Part shown: positions 1 through 12,814 of the stretch, one piece after another | How positions within the stretch are numbered: position 1 is the first letter of the stretch | Layout: each line of letters begins with the position of its first letter | NCBI RefSeq assembly: GCF_006345805.1 | Contig: NC_043004.1 | Location: 56,110,001-56,174,000 of the forward strand | Direction: 5' to 3' | Length of the DNA: 64,000 nucleotides | DNA from: Octopus sinensis | Taxonomy: Eukaryota | Translations under genes and position numbers: made by a program | The notes under the pieces: model-generated | Databases searched by the model: none | Told to the model about the DNA's origin: nothing | Seen by the model: only the letters and a program-made list of their open reading frames with translations

Positions 1-162
1 GTTAGGAAATGTATCCCAATCGAAAACTTGAAAACCGAAGTAGTAGAATGCGAGGATTGAAAAACAGAAATAATCTTTGTTGGAACAGGAAAGACAAACA
101 AATCCCATGGCATACATATATACGACAGATATATAAAAAAACTAGTATGTACATGTTATGTA

Positions 163-326
163 GAGTGGCTGTGTTGTAAGTAGCTTGCTAACCAACCACA
201 TGGTTCCGGGTTCACTCCCACTGCGTGGCATCTTGGGCAAGTGTCTTCTGCTATAGCCCCGGGCCGACCAATGCCTTGTGAGTGGATTTGGTAGACGGAA
301 ACTGAAAGAAGCCTGTCGTATATATG

Positions 327-357
<31 letters not shown>

Positions 358-558
358 ATGTGTGTGTGTTTGTCTCCCTAGCATTGCTTGACAACCGATG
401 CTGGTGTGTTTATGTTCCCGTCACTTAGCGGTTCGGCAAAAGAGACCGATAAAATAAGTACTGGGTTTACAAAGAATAAGTCCTGGGGTCGATTTGCTCG
501 ACTAAAGGCGGTGCTCCAGCATGGCCGCAGTCAAATGACTGAAACAAGTAAAAGAGTA
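163..558 (+). mobile_element. SINE family A, near full length
   Basis: tRNA-like head (GAGTGGCTGTGTTGTAAG...GGTTCACTCCC), CORE-like CTTGGGCAAGTGTCTTCT, internal (TA)n/(TG)n, 3' module ending GAAACAAGTAAAAGAGTA; about ten further copies or half-copies in window. Confidence 0.9.
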
Positions 559-920
559 TCGTATAAGATAAAAGAAAACGCTGACTATGCTTAAAGAACA
601 CTGGATGACCAATCAAAGCTTACACACACAAAAAAGCGACTAAAAGAACAACAATGAGTTTATGCGGTTTACTTTATTTGCCATAAGTGAAGTACGAACA
701 TAAAATATACGTAATAATATCAGTGACGAAACACTTATACCTGTACAAAGAAACGCATCAATTTTCAGAGAGATAATACAAAACATAACCTAAATTAGTA
801 CACACAGGTACACTTGGACACAAACAAACAAACGCACAGAGATACATGCACACACAAACCCACGTACAGAAGTGCCTTAATTCTCATATCTCCACCCGTA
901 GACATCAAAAATAAACACGA

Positions 921-938
921 TAATATATATATATATAT

Positions 939-970
<32 letters not shown>

Positions 971-977
971 AATATAT

Positions 978-1012
<35 letters not shown>
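921..1012. repeat. (TA)n microsatellite
   Basis: Direct reading; one of many similar tracts. Confidence 0.95.
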
Positions 1013-1014
<2 letters not shown>

Positions 1015-1033
1015 GCATACACATACATTTATA

Positions 1034-1282
1034 TTGGGTTGGTGCATAATTATGGAGGCTTGTTCCCACAAATTTTGTTCAACAAAAACAATAACAACAT
1101 ATAATAAAGCATCTTTTAATGATTATTCCGGAGCATATTCACCATCTACTTCAATTATTGCTTCCCATTTGCTTGGCAGACTGTCAGAGCATCATTTAAA
1201 GTTGTTTTTGTTCAATATTGTTTTTGTTTTTGTTGAATAAAATTTGTTGAAAAACAGGCGCAATAATTATTCCCCAACCCAA
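1034..1282 (-). mobile_element. mariner-derived MITE (~250 bp)
   Basis: Imperfect TIRs TTGGGTTGGTGCATAATTAT / ATAATTATTCCCCAACCCAA, TA on left and TG on right; minus-strand remnant LPSKWEAIIEVDGEY resembles a mariner transposase C-terminus. Confidence 0.8.
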
Positions 1283-1377
1283 TGTATATATTATCCACAC
1301 ATAAACTCACACATTCGTACGCACTCACACATACACACATGATGTTGACCAATCATGTCTCATTATATCATGTGCCA

Positions 1378-1484
<107 letters not shown>

Positions 1485-1720
1485 TATTTTTCATGTTTTA
1501 TCCTTTACGTCTTTCTGTCATTAGACTAAGGTCATGCTGGGGTACCGACTTCAACGGTTAACTTAAACAAATCGACTCCGGAAGCTATTACTTTTCAGCC
1601 TGGTACTTATTCTATTGGTTTCTTAAGCTCAACCGTTAAGTTACGGGGAGATAAACAAGTCAACACTAGTAGTCGAGCGGTGGTGTGGTACAAACAGAAC
1701 CACATATATAATATGCATAT
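1485..1720 (-). mobile_element. Degraded SINE-A 3' half
   Basis: Diverged match to GGTACTTATTCTAT...CCGTTAAGTTACGGGGA segment of family A. Confidence 0.55.
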
Positions 1721-1769
1721 ATATGCACACACACACACACACTCACACATAATTACAGAAAGACAAAAG

Positions 1770-1910
1770 ACGAATACAGGGGTATAAACAATAAGCAGGT
1801 GTATTAGTTTGACACTCGGGAAGGTGAGAAAATCTTTTACGTTTCGAGTCTACGCTCATCAGCAGAAAGGAACCGGAAGAAATAAACAGAGGGAGAATAA
1901 AACACTTTTG
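1770..1910 (-). mobile_element. PLE LTR-like fragment with degenerate hammerhead core
   Basis: Minus strand CTGATGA-GCGTAGACTC-GAAA-CG-TA at 1838-1862; stems I and II poorly paired. Confidence 0.4.
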
Positions 1911-1927
1911 GAGTTACCAGTCAACAG

Positions 1928-2087
1928 GTGTGAGTGTGTGGTAGGAATCTTGTTTCTCAACCACATGGTTCCATGTTCAGTCCCACTGTATGGCACCTTT
2001 GGCAAGTGTCTTCTAGTAAAGTCTCGGGCTGGCCAAAACCTTGTGGGTGCATTTGGTAGTCAGAAACTGAAAGAATTCCGCTGTATA
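1928..2087 (+). mobile_element. SINE-A 5' half (diverged)
   Basis: Head and CORE-like region recognisable; ends at the TA-rich linker where the maT-like element begins. Confidence 0.75.
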
Positions 2088-2089
2088 AA

Positions 2090-2971
2090 CAGCGCTCGAT
2101 GGGTAAATTGTTGCCATTTTATATTTTTAATTTCGCGCATGATCATTGCTTGTTTTGATTTTATCGACAACACAGTAAAGTAGGATCAGTTGGGCACCAT
2201 CTGCGAGAAAAAACAGCACCATGACGCAATTTATTCTGCCAGAAATTTGGAAACGACATGCTGTACTACTTGGCATTCGCACAGGGAACTCCAATACGGA
2301 CATTTCAGAGTGTTTTGGGGTCAATCTGTTGGCTTGCCGTGTCCCCAAATCGTGTACCTAGAGTAATAAAAATTAAACGTCCATTCACCATCTTGGTGTT
2401 TGGAGTGATCACTAGTGATGACGACATTATGCATCCATTCATCTTCCCACACATCCTCACACTCAACACGGCGGTCTACATTAAGTGCCTGGAGGAGCTA
2501 GTGCTGTATTGGGCCAAGAGGGTGGCTGTTGGAAGACACTATGTCTGGCAAAAGGAATCTGCACCATGCCAAGCAGGAGAACCAAGTTATGGCTGTCAGA
2601 CAATTTTTGCGACCACATCACTCCTAGCAGCTGACAATCTAACTTCCCAGACTGCAACCCACTTCATTAATATGTGTGGGGTGCATTTGAGCGACAGACC
2701 AACAAAACTCCTTGTAACACCAAAGATGAACTGACGGCAAGGATTATGGCATCAGTCACCAACTTAAACAAGGAGACCATCCAGAACAATTGCATGAAAT
2801 TCTGAAGTTGTCTGGAGGCTGTGGTTGGAACCAATGGCGATTTTATTGAATAAATTTACTCTTTTAGTATTTCAAGGTTTTTTTAATGTAATTTTGGTAG
2901 ATATATCTGTTAAAATGAGTGTTATTTTCATTTTTGCATAATCTAGACGATATTGTACTCCCAACACCCTG
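2090..2971 (+). mobile_element. Tc1/mariner, maT(DD37D)-like internally deleted copy
   Basis: Broken frames resemble K.P..VFGVITSD.D..PFIFP, WQ..SAPC, SPDCNPL, TNKTPCNTKDEL, NGDFIE*; right end CACCCTG; homologous to 28061-30199. Confidence 0.8.
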
Positions 2972-2973
2972 TT

Positions 2974-3068
<95 letters not shown>

Positions 3069-3069
<1 letters not shown>

Positions 3070-3216
3070 GACGGTCTTCGTTCAGATTCCGTCTACTGAA
3101 TCCACTAAAGGATTTAGTGAACCCAAGCAGAAAACATTTGTACGAGATGCTATGCAGAGGGAGCCGGACCCGTGTGATCTGGGAAGCAAGCTTCTTGCCA
3201 CACAGCCACGCCTGCG
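3069..3216 (-). mobile_element. SINE-A 5' half (diverged)
   Basis: Ends ...CCACACAGCCACGCCTGCG, reverse complement of the family A head. Confidence 0.65.
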
Positions 3217-3352
3217 AATATACAGGATTTCCCCCAAATATGAGTTACAGTATATTAGGAATGACAGAGTATCTCAAAACTTTAACGGTCCATTTTCTTC
3301 GACCAAATGACCTCTAAGGTTTGTGATCTCTTGAAATGTAGTGTATGCTTAC

Positions 3353-3408
3353 TTCAATTTCGTTATGACGCAGGTGTTCTCTTAAATCCTCACTTCCTAC
3401 TGCTTGCT
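3353..3408 (-). CDS. Weak candidate exon (EQAVGSEDLREHLRHNEIE)
   Basis: GTAAGC donor; phase-1 frame open only from a weak TAAG (3409) or CAG (3400) acceptor; the stronger acceptor at 3430 gives stops in all frames. Confidence 0.2.
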
Positions 3409-4325
3409 CTTAGCAAAGCAAATCGAAAACTATAAAGGAAGAATGAAACAAATAATAATCACTAGAAATATTAAATGCAGTTCACACATGGCTGCTATAT
3501 GCAAAATACATTAGCGCCATAAAAATATGAAAGATATGAAGAGAAAAAATTCCTATGGAATAGAAAATGTCAAGTTCGATATATTAGGGAATATACGCGA
3601 AGTAATAACATATGATAAAAAAAAGTCTAAGGATAAGGAACTGAAGGATTTAAAGAAAACGCAACGAAAATAAAGCCAAAGAATCGACCACGCATAAAGA
3701 TATAAACAGAAACAACAAACCAACGGTGGCAGCTGCATAGAATCCGGCTTACCTGAAACTCATGAGGCGTTACTGTGCAAGAGAAACGAACAAGCGTGAA
3801 GCAAAAGATCCACAAAATGCAGAATTAAAATAATCACATATCACATGACTGATGACGACTGAATGGGCAAATCTTTAGAGCAAGGCAAAAACCAAACATA
3901 GAAAGAACAGATCGATACAACCTAAACTAGGATAAACAGCAGCTGGAATACTCGGTCACAACAAGACTATTTTCTCTCGCACCCATACATAATGAATAGA
4001 ATAAAGCACAAATTGCATGAATCATACAAGATAAATAAATCGTACAACGACGAAATTAAAGAAAGAGAAAAGTTATCAGAACAAAATCAAATAAGATAGG
4101 TTAATAGGCATGTCTCAATTTAGGAATTTTCAAACCTCCATGGGAAATAATCGGCAATATAATCAGGATTATCTATAAATTCGTTCTACTGAAGCAAAAC
4201 GGAGCTTGAATAAGTAAAATCATTCTGTTTCTTCAAGTAGTAACGAATGTGTCGATAGAAAAATGGCATAACCATGGCAAAATGAATTTCTTCTCATCTT
4301 TGGCCCTCAACTACTCATAGAAGAG

Positions 4326-4707
4326 TGGAGGCGCAATGGCCCAGTGGTTAGGGCAGCGGACTCGCGGTCGTAGGATCGCGGTTTCGATTCCCAGACCGAG
4401 CGTTGTGAGTGTTTAATGAGCGAAAACACCTAAAGCTCCACGAGGCTCCGGCAGGGGATGGTGGTGATCCCTGCTGCACTCTTTCATCACAAATTTCTCT
4501 CACTCTTACTTCCTGTTTCTGTTGTACCTGTATTTCAAAGGGCTGGCCTTGTCACTCTCTGTGTCATGCTGAATATCCCCGAGAACTACGTTAAGGGTAC
4601 ACGTGTCTGTGGAATGCTCAGCCACTTACACGTTAATTTCACGGGCAGGCTGTTCCGTTGATTGGATCAGCCGGAACCCTCGTCGTCGTAACCGACGGAG
4701 TGCTTCC
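4326..4707 (+). mobile_element. SINE family B, full length with 13-bp TSD
   Basis: tRNA-like head GGAGGCGCAATGGCCCAGTGG...GGTTTCGATTCCC; TSD ACTCATAGAAGAG at 4313-4325 and 4708-4720; further copies at 48114 and 55599. Confidence 0.92.
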
Positions 4708-5559
4708 ACTCATAGAAGAGCCGCTCATAGAAGAGCCGTCATGACATACAGCAGCTTGTCTATCTTGAATTCGATGGAGCTCAACCACATACCAGATCTG
4801 AATACAGCTAGGTACTTCCTGAGAAAAAAAAATGAAGAAGAATCAATGTGAGAGAGACATAGATAGAGAAACTGATTTTGGCAGCAGTGTTCACTATTTG
4901 CCTTTTATTTATTACTGATTTTGGCAGCAGTGTTCACTATTTGCCTTTTATTTGCGTTAACCTGTAATTCCTCACCATCCTTGAATGTTTTAGTTTTGCT
5001 AATCAAAAATCTCATTTAGTGCATCACATGCCAACCATGCAACGAAGATTATCTCAGTTAAATAGGATAAAAATTAATGCATCCGATTTGGATACATAAG
5101 CAAGAAATCAAAGATTCACTTTTTAAAATGTTTCCAATAGTGAAAATCTAGACATTTTTGCATCTGGAAAAAAAGGAAGTACACTGTTTTCAAAAAGGAG
5201 GAAAATCATCAACTACAAAACTACAAAAGCAAACCAAGCCGAAAAAAAAAAAAAAACTGGAAAAAGAAAGAAAGAAAGAAAAAAGAAAGGAGAAAAGGAA
5301 ATTAATGTGCGAAACCAGCTTAACTTGTACGTGAAAGTTAAGTTGGATGTGCAACTTATTCGGTCGCTAATAACTAATTTTTACACGACCCGCCAAGATT
5401 TTTGCCTCATACTCATTATTTAGCCAGTGTTAAACTATACTGGTTTGATGGAATTTCGATCTGAGAGACTGAGGTAGAGGGCCTATGCTGTGGAAGTGCA
5501 AGTTACGCCGAAATCACCTGATATTATTGACCTATCCAACGCAGAAGGTTTTACAAAAT

Positions 5560-5597
5560 CCTTTATATTTCAGGCACAAACGCCCATCCTCAGAAGG
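5560..5597 (-). ncRNA. Minimal type I hammerhead ribozyme (PLE type)
   Basis: CCUU-CUGAGGA-U-GGGC GUUUGU GCCU-GAAA-UA-UA^AAGG; stem I CCUU/AAGG, palindromic stem III. Confidence 0.65.
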
Positions 5598-6715
5598 TAA
5601 CAGTCTTGGAAATTACCTTCTTCAAATTCCTCGGCATTAGGTTAGCAGCAGTAGCAGCCACACTCCAACTGTTGGTGTATGCAACTCTCCATCTGCTGAT
5701 GTAAGAATCTCCAGTTGCTGGTGTAGGCAACTCACACCCTATCGATTGATGTGACGGGATAGCAGCAAGTCTCCAACTGTTGGTATAAGCAACTCTCCAG
5801 CTGTTGGGTGATGCGACGTATAGTCATGTGATAGTGGTGGTGGCGTGTATTATAATGTTGGTCGCAGTCCCCGTGATGTTTTCATTGGAGCCATCAGCTC
5901 AACTTCGATTGACTGTTAATTTTCGGGTTGAGGCGGTGGATCAATATAACTTATTTTATACGTTGATTTCCAGTGTTCCAATCCGAAGCCAGTATGGGGC
6001 GTCTATCTCTTTGATGGTGTTGCCGCATCGGGTCCTGTACCCGCGGAGGGAAGACACGTTGGTGTCTTTCATTCGGACGCGGAGTGGTCGTACTGTGCTT
6101 TTGGTGCAGCAGTTGTTGCATTTGAAGCATCGAATCTGATATACTACGTATGTATGTAAGTACAGGTTACTGTTGCGAATGGGGCAGTACGCAGTGTGCA
6201 AGGCTGTTGATCTGCACGTGACCACCTCGTTAATTCGTGTTTACGTAGGTATGGTACTGAATAGGCCAGTAGGATGTCAAGTTCTTCCCTGTGGATAGCC
6301 TTGTAAATGATGGCGGTGGTCTTTTCATTGAAGTGGGGAATCTTCAAGAAGCAGGTCTTAGAGAGATCCCTCTTGCGATGTTTTACTGGCCTGCGTTCGC
6401 GTATGGAGTTAGTAATGGTCAGGGATATCCGTTGATCTCAAGTACCTTTAGGAACTGACTAACATGTGCGTCCCGGTTGGTGTTGGCCACTGCATCTTTT
6501 GTGTATCTAGGTGACTCGTCGTAGCCTTGATAGGGAGTGCCGATTAGTAATGAACAAAGAGGTCCTGGTAAGCTGATTTTCTGTTGGACACCGTGTCTGT
6601 TTTACCCTCGTCCGAGATGTTTAGCCGAAAGTCAAGCAAGCGGGGGGAACCATCGCTGTTTGGGTGTTCGATAGTGAAGCTAATATTGGTTGAACTGATC
6701 CACGGAAGAACCTGA
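5560..6715 (-). mobile_element. Penelope-like element 3' part (RT C-terminus, GIY-YIG endonuclease, pLTR), degraded
   Basis: Minus-strand peptides ISFTIEHPNSDGS..LLDF, RKSAYQDLFVHY*SALP and VVYQIRCFKC...STVRPLRVRMKD match the PLE RT-thumb and GIY-YIG patterns; HHR at the 3' end. Confidence 0.8.
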
Positions 6716-6721
6716 AATTGA

Positions 6722-6951
6722 CTGAGTGCAAGTGGCCGAGTACTACACAGCCACATTTACTCTCAACGTAGTTCTCAGGGAGATTCGGCGTAACACAGAA
6801 TGTGAAAACGCTGGCTGTTTGTATTTATATGTACACCCCATTTTTGCAGGTTGAGCGGACTGGAGCAACGTGAAATAAAGTGTCTTGCTGAAGGATATAA
6901 CTCGCCGCCAGGAATCGAACTCACGATCATATAAGCCTTCGCGCACCTTCA
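6722..6951 (-). mobile_element. SINE family C (CORE-type), degraded
   Basis: GGAGCAACGTGAAATAAAGTGTCTTGCT CORE-like block plus tail shared with SINE-B. Confidence 0.7.
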
Positions 6952-7059
6952 CATGTGAATATATATAAATTACTCGTGAGTGCATTCAGTTATTTCCGAT
7001 GGCAGGAAATAAAAGCATACACTGCATATATAAATAAGCATTATATATACATATATATA

Positions 7060-7161
<102 letters not shown>

Positions 7162-7621
7162 GAAGTACCTTCTCACCAAGGCTTCATCAGCGAAGCAGTG
7201 ACTTTGTCAGCTTGAAATTACTTATTTAGAGCAAGAAAATAAATAATCACAAGGATTCTTTTGGCAAACAAAAGTCAAAACTAATGGCAAAAATAGAAAA
7301 TTCTTTAATGATAACTACTTACGAAGAGACCGTGTAATCATTATATCTTATTTTTGATTATTTATTGTATTTCATATAGTTCTTGATTATTTGGTTATGT
7401 TTTTCTTCAGACAGTTAAACATCCTTTCGTTCATTTGTTGCGTTCTGAATCAATATATTTACACGTTATATTTGACAGGTGGATGTTAAGCGCACAGAAG
7501 AAGGCGTGGTTATCTGCCCGTAAAAAAGTAATGATGATAACACTGACGATAAATAATGATAGGTTTACAATCTTAAGTCGAAATTTTGTTTTGAATAAGT
7601 AGAACGATGTATATCTATTTA

Positions 7622-7657
<36 letters not shown>

Positions 7658-8719
7658 AATAGGTAGAGCGATAACTATAGCAAATATGGAGTGAATACGG
7701 TTTATTTTAAAGATTACTACACATTTTAATATGCAATATGATTACAAAGAAAACGAGTTATTTTATGGGAAAATGTATCATTCCAAATTCTCTAGGAAGC
7801 TGCAAACAAATATGAAAGGTGACTGTGATGAAAGAGATTTTTTATAAAGCGTTGCATTGAATCAGCTATTCACGGTCCTATATTGTGATAAAGTTATTAG
7901 CTGACAATAAGAGTGATGCTTCAGTTGCTAATGGTGATGATGAGGATGATATCTTATATTGGTACAAGGCAACATCTTTGAAGGAGAGATTTATAGTCGA
8001 CTGAATATACCGACAGTACATTAGTCATAGTTTTTTTCATATCGATCCTGGAGATATGAAAGGTCAAGTTGACCCAAGTCAGATTTGAATTCACACAACT
8101 CTTATTCTACACAGCTGCCACACCTGCAACGCATTTATTCTCCACAAATCACACACCACATACGATACATAATAACTGGCAAACAACACAACGCAAAACA
8201 TCTGTCACACAACGTATACGGAATATATTCATCAGCCAATAAAATAACAAAACAGATATACATATTCGATGTAACAGGGGAAACACACACAAATAGCATC
8301 AGGAACAGCAAACAAGATTCCATAGCAAAGAAAACCGGCCTGTAATATGCTAACGCGTGTCTACACCTTCGAAAACGCGGTACTGCACATACCATAGAGA
8401 CACTTAAGGGCACAAATAAAATGAGATTACATAAAAATGTATCAAGAGAAACTATAAATAAAAGAAATATTTAAAAGAAAGAAGAATTCCCCCAGTTATC
8501 TTGATCCCTAAAGTAAGCACATTCCATAGATTGTTTCCTTCCAATTTACAAGCGCAGGCTCAGTACAGACTGCTCACTGCGACCATGCTTGTCACTCACA
8601 TCTGTATTTCAACAAATTTATGATGAGGCAGTACTTCCCTCTCACATTTTCATGTTCTTGCGGAATTTGAAAAGTCGAGGAGAGGTTAGCTAACGAGGAA
8701 ATGTCTGTCTTTAGTACCA

Positions 8720-9671
8720 TTAGTGTTGTCCACAATGCAACAACCTTTCACCAGTGCCACCAAAGAGATATAGAATATTTGCTCTTCTTGTCCTATGGAA
8801 GGCGGCAGAACTATCATCAAATTGGGCATAGTTGATACACAGATCCGCTTTATTCGCCACAACAGTTGTTGACCTAATTGCACAACTCATCAATATTCGG
8901 ACATTGTACGAATGGTTGTAGTACGGCTTATTGATATGCATTTAGCTTAGATAAGCTCGGCTAACGTTACGCTTGTGACTGTAAGCTCTATCTAGAGCCG
9001 TCAATGTAAGCCCTCTGGTAACACTGTAAGGCCAAAAGGCTTTGCATTCTTGCATGGGCCTTGTCCCAAAAATCCTCCAGGACAAATAAGCCCGTTGCTT
9101 TTCATCGACGGCTAGAGATCCCCCTAGAACATCATCCCCGTTTTTGATCAATTTTAATCCTTTATAGAAATCAAGCGTGGAACTTCGACCTACCGAAGTG
9201 CCCAACTGTCGAGGGCTGTGCGATAGTCGCAACTCACGGTCTTTGGTTGACCCTGGTCTGCAGCTGTTTCAATGTGATGAGTCTGGGAAAACTGTCTTGC
9301 AAACAGTGACCACAGCCTGTCTCAGGCATATCACGGTATGTCCAGTCCTCCAGACAACGAGTGCTGACAACAGATCCAGCGTATTGATCACCTTAATGTG
9401 CTTGGTACCCGATGCTATTACGGTCTCGGATGAGGTGGAAAATGCTGTAATGCGCATTTTTGCACATTACCAATGAGATCACTAACAACATCGTCATTAA
9501 AAATCTAGTTAAAACCTTGAAATCTGTGATTAGCAGAGTTACATATTTTGTTAGAAGCCCTTTCTCAGCAGCGCCGCCGCATCTTACCGCAAAGAATTTA
9601 AAATTCTCCCCTTGTGCTGCCATTTGCGGTTGATGTCTCGAAGCTGTCCCCGAGCGTAAAAAGATTCTCAA
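8720..9671 (-). pseudogene. Unidentified coding-like relic
   Basis: Non-repetitive, GC-elevated block; one minus frame runs 9457-8720 with only two internal stops; no family recognised. Confidence 0.3.
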
Positions 9672-9678
9672 CGTGCAG

Positions 9679-9712
<34 letters not shown>

Positions 9713-9714
<2 letters not shown>

Positions 9715-10373
9715 TAACAATATAGGATGAAGTCCCTTTCTCTACAGAAAAGGATTCATTCAGAAAGCGTGGCAGTATATTAAAAAAACCTTAACGGTTG
9801 AAGTATAAACGTCTTATAATTAAGGGCTAAAGAAGGTTATTCTATAGCCAATACACTGATTTATCCACTTATAATCTACTTGTTACAGGAAAATTGAACT
9901 GAAAGCGGGCAACTAACCTTTAGAAAATTTAAATTTCGTTATCTCTATATTGAATCAATTTCGGAATTAATCCCTATAAAGGATACATTCTTCTTCAGTA
10001 GAGCTTACGGGGGATATAAATAAAATACTCACATGTGATCATGGAAAAAGCAGAAGCTAAAAACACAACTACATTTAAGTACATCATTTATATCTAAAAG
10101 TAAAAATTCCTTGGTCAGTCTCAGAACAACGTGTTGACCTATCGCCGCTACATATTGTAATGGTTACCGGTCCCCTTGTAACAAGCAGTGATTTTACTAC
10201 TAACAATATAGGATGAAGTGCCTTTCTCTACAGAAAAGGATTCCATCAAAAAGCGTGGCACTATATTAAAAAAACCTTTACGGTTGAAGTATAAACATCT
10301 TATAATTAAGGGCTAAAGAAGGTTATTCTAAAGCCAATACACTGATTTATCCACTTATAATCTACTTGTTACA
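9713..10373. mobile_element. 661-bp element bounded by 175-bp direct repeats
   Basis: 9713-9887 vs 10199-10373, 8 mismatches by eye; flanked by (TA)n and (CA)n. Confidence 0.75.
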
Positions 10374-10376
10374 CAC

Positions 10377-10437
<61 letters not shown>

Positions 10438-12559
10438 ATATATATATATATATATAAATATCATAAAGCGATGGGAAGAAGTGTAACGAAATATATTGAA
10501 AGGTTTTGAAGCTGTACTAAATAAACAATCAAGAGCAAATAACATAGAAAGAGGTGCGAAACGCCATCGTTGTAGGATCGATGCATATTACAATCCCAAT
10601 CACTTTCCTCAAGATCACTTTCGCAAGCTGGGTCTTACAAATTTTCCAGTGAGCATCTTGGTGGCTCTTTACAGAGCTATGAAAATTTTAAATCTGCAGT
10701 GTAAGATACATTAGTCGCAGATAATCCATTCATTGTTGTGACTTTCAGAAACCCTTTTCTTTCCAGAGTCACCTAGAATCGGCCCCAATCACTCCCTCAA
10801 ATGCACACTATTCATTTTCTTTCTCTTAGATTTATCAATGCATCAGGTAGACAATAGTTATCCTTTCATGGTATCTTTAAATCCAGCTTTCATCGATGTT
10901 GAACGCATCCTTTTAGCATTGAGCCCGAGCAGATATATTTTTGTGACTCTTTTTCGTTTCCTTAATACACCCCTATATTTTCGGTAGCTTTCCTTCGAGC
11001 TCCATTTTTTCCCTATCATCAAAATGAGATATGATAGTAATACTGCTCAGGAGTTTTAGGATGGCTCTGTTCTACAGGAAAAGGGCGCTAAACTCCATGG
11101 AGTCCTATCTCGTGAGCCTTTCTTTCGTTATGAGCCTATTTTCGTTATGAGGGGACGAATCACGACCGAAGGTTTAAGAAGTTCATATACTTTACTATTT
11201 ACTTGCTTCGACTCGGACTACCCTAGGAGCTGTGAACGAACCGAACCAACAGAGCAACCTCTGGGTATACTTCTGCCAACGCCAAAGCTACTTTTTGTCA
11301 GTTTCCTATTTCCGCTTTTGCTCTCTGTCCCACACTGCCAACCTGATATATCTACACATCGCTCTCACACTGGATCATAACAATCTGTCTCGTTTTAACA
11401 CACGCCACTATTTTCTCCACGTTTCTAACTACTCTTCCTTTAATATCGAAATAAAATATCATTCACATTCATCCTTTTCATATAAATATAAAACCCTTTT
11501 CATCATGTTAAAGAAGGTGGGGTAGGATACTACAAATGCAACCATAACAGGAAAACTAGTTTGGCGTCCTATATATTTGGTGCTCAGTGTAATGTAAAAT
11601 GTTTTCAAATAGTTTGCTACTCACGTTGTTGCCTGATGAAGCAAAACTATATTGACAAGCAAATGTTGATGTGAAATATTGTGAAATGTTGATGTGCCAT
11701 ATTAATTAAAAATTGGCTAGAATGCAATTTTCTAAATTCATTTACTCTCGCAGGGGAATCAGTCGAAGGTATTCTATACATCTTTGATATTTGCTACCTG
11801 CTGTGTTTATCAAATGATGTGCCAAGCTGAATTGACTGGTTTCTCAAAGCCGCTTGTTACGATACAAAGTGTTAGTAACTAATTATTAATAATTAAAACT
11901 GTGCAGAGGTTTTTGTTGTAAAATGCAATTAGAAGACAAAGACAAAAACAAAACAAAACAACATATTTAATAGCTTCAAATTCATTATAAATTGCGTACT
12001 TCTATGTCAAAGACCTTATTACTACCAGCAACGCAAAATCGAATTACATTGACAGGTGTGGTTCACATAAATCATTTCTCTTTGGTTATGTTTCATAGAG
12101 GAAGGGTAGAATCCATAGTATTTAACATTCCTTTAGGCTGAGAGATAACGAAAATTGCGTAAGGTTAATGCAGTTAATGTTTGGTTCGAATTATTGTATG
12201 TTAGAGGTTATACATAAAATATGGTGTAAAAGACACAACAGAAACAAAGAGAAATTTATAGAAAGAGAGTGAGGCAGAGAGAAAGGGAGAGAGACAAAAG
12301 GAATGTTGGTGATGGTTTCTGATTTCAAAGCTTGCATTTCCGGTTGATTAGTTAATGGGTATTAACTCTTAATCATTAGATGTTTCTGGTTTATGATAAT
12401 CCTTTGGTGTTTTCAATACATTCAGGTACTCAAATCACCGGTTATAAGGATAGCAAAAACGATCATAATGTTTTCTTTATATTTATATTTTCTTTTATAG
12501 TTTCGATTCAAGGTTGGGAATTTTGGAAGGAAGGAGGGGATCAGTCAAATAAATTGCCT

Positions 12560-12665
12560 TCGGAATCAATGGCAACATTGATCTCGGCGGGGTTTTAAAC
12601 CAATATTTGAAAATCTAAAGCCAAGTGCGGCAGCATCCAATGAATTAGCGACTCTGCCAGCTCTA
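12560..12665 (-). mobile_element. Degraded SINE-D fragment
   Basis: Reverse complement of GAGCTGGCAGA...GCCGAGATCAATGTTGCC. Confidence 0.55.
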
Positions 12666-12673
12666 CAATAATA

Positions 12674-12707
<34 letters not shown>

Positions 12708-12777
12708 CAGCAGCAGAAGCAGCAGCAGAAGCAGCAGCAGCAGCGGCAGCAGCAGCACCACCAGCAGTAGCAGCAGC

Positions 12778-12812
<35 letters not shown>
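12666..12812. repeat. Compound (TAG)n-(CAG)n-(TAG)n trinucleotide tract
   Basis: Direct reading. Confidence 0.9.

Positions 12813-12814
<2 letters not shown>

Noticed and set aside
3500-4250. Purine-rich stretch resembling decayed LINE coding DNA
   Set aside because: No motif recovered in any frame
4326-4400. tRNA-like sequences at SINE heads
   Set aside because: A/B boxes present but no complete cloverleaf; they continue into multicopy SINE bodies
4871-4951. 43-bp-period tandem duplication
   Set aside because: Two copies only; ordinary slippage, not CRISPR-like
9125-9145. NGDD resembling RdRp motif C
   Set aside because: No convincing motif A or B at the right spacing; kept only as part of the anonymous relic
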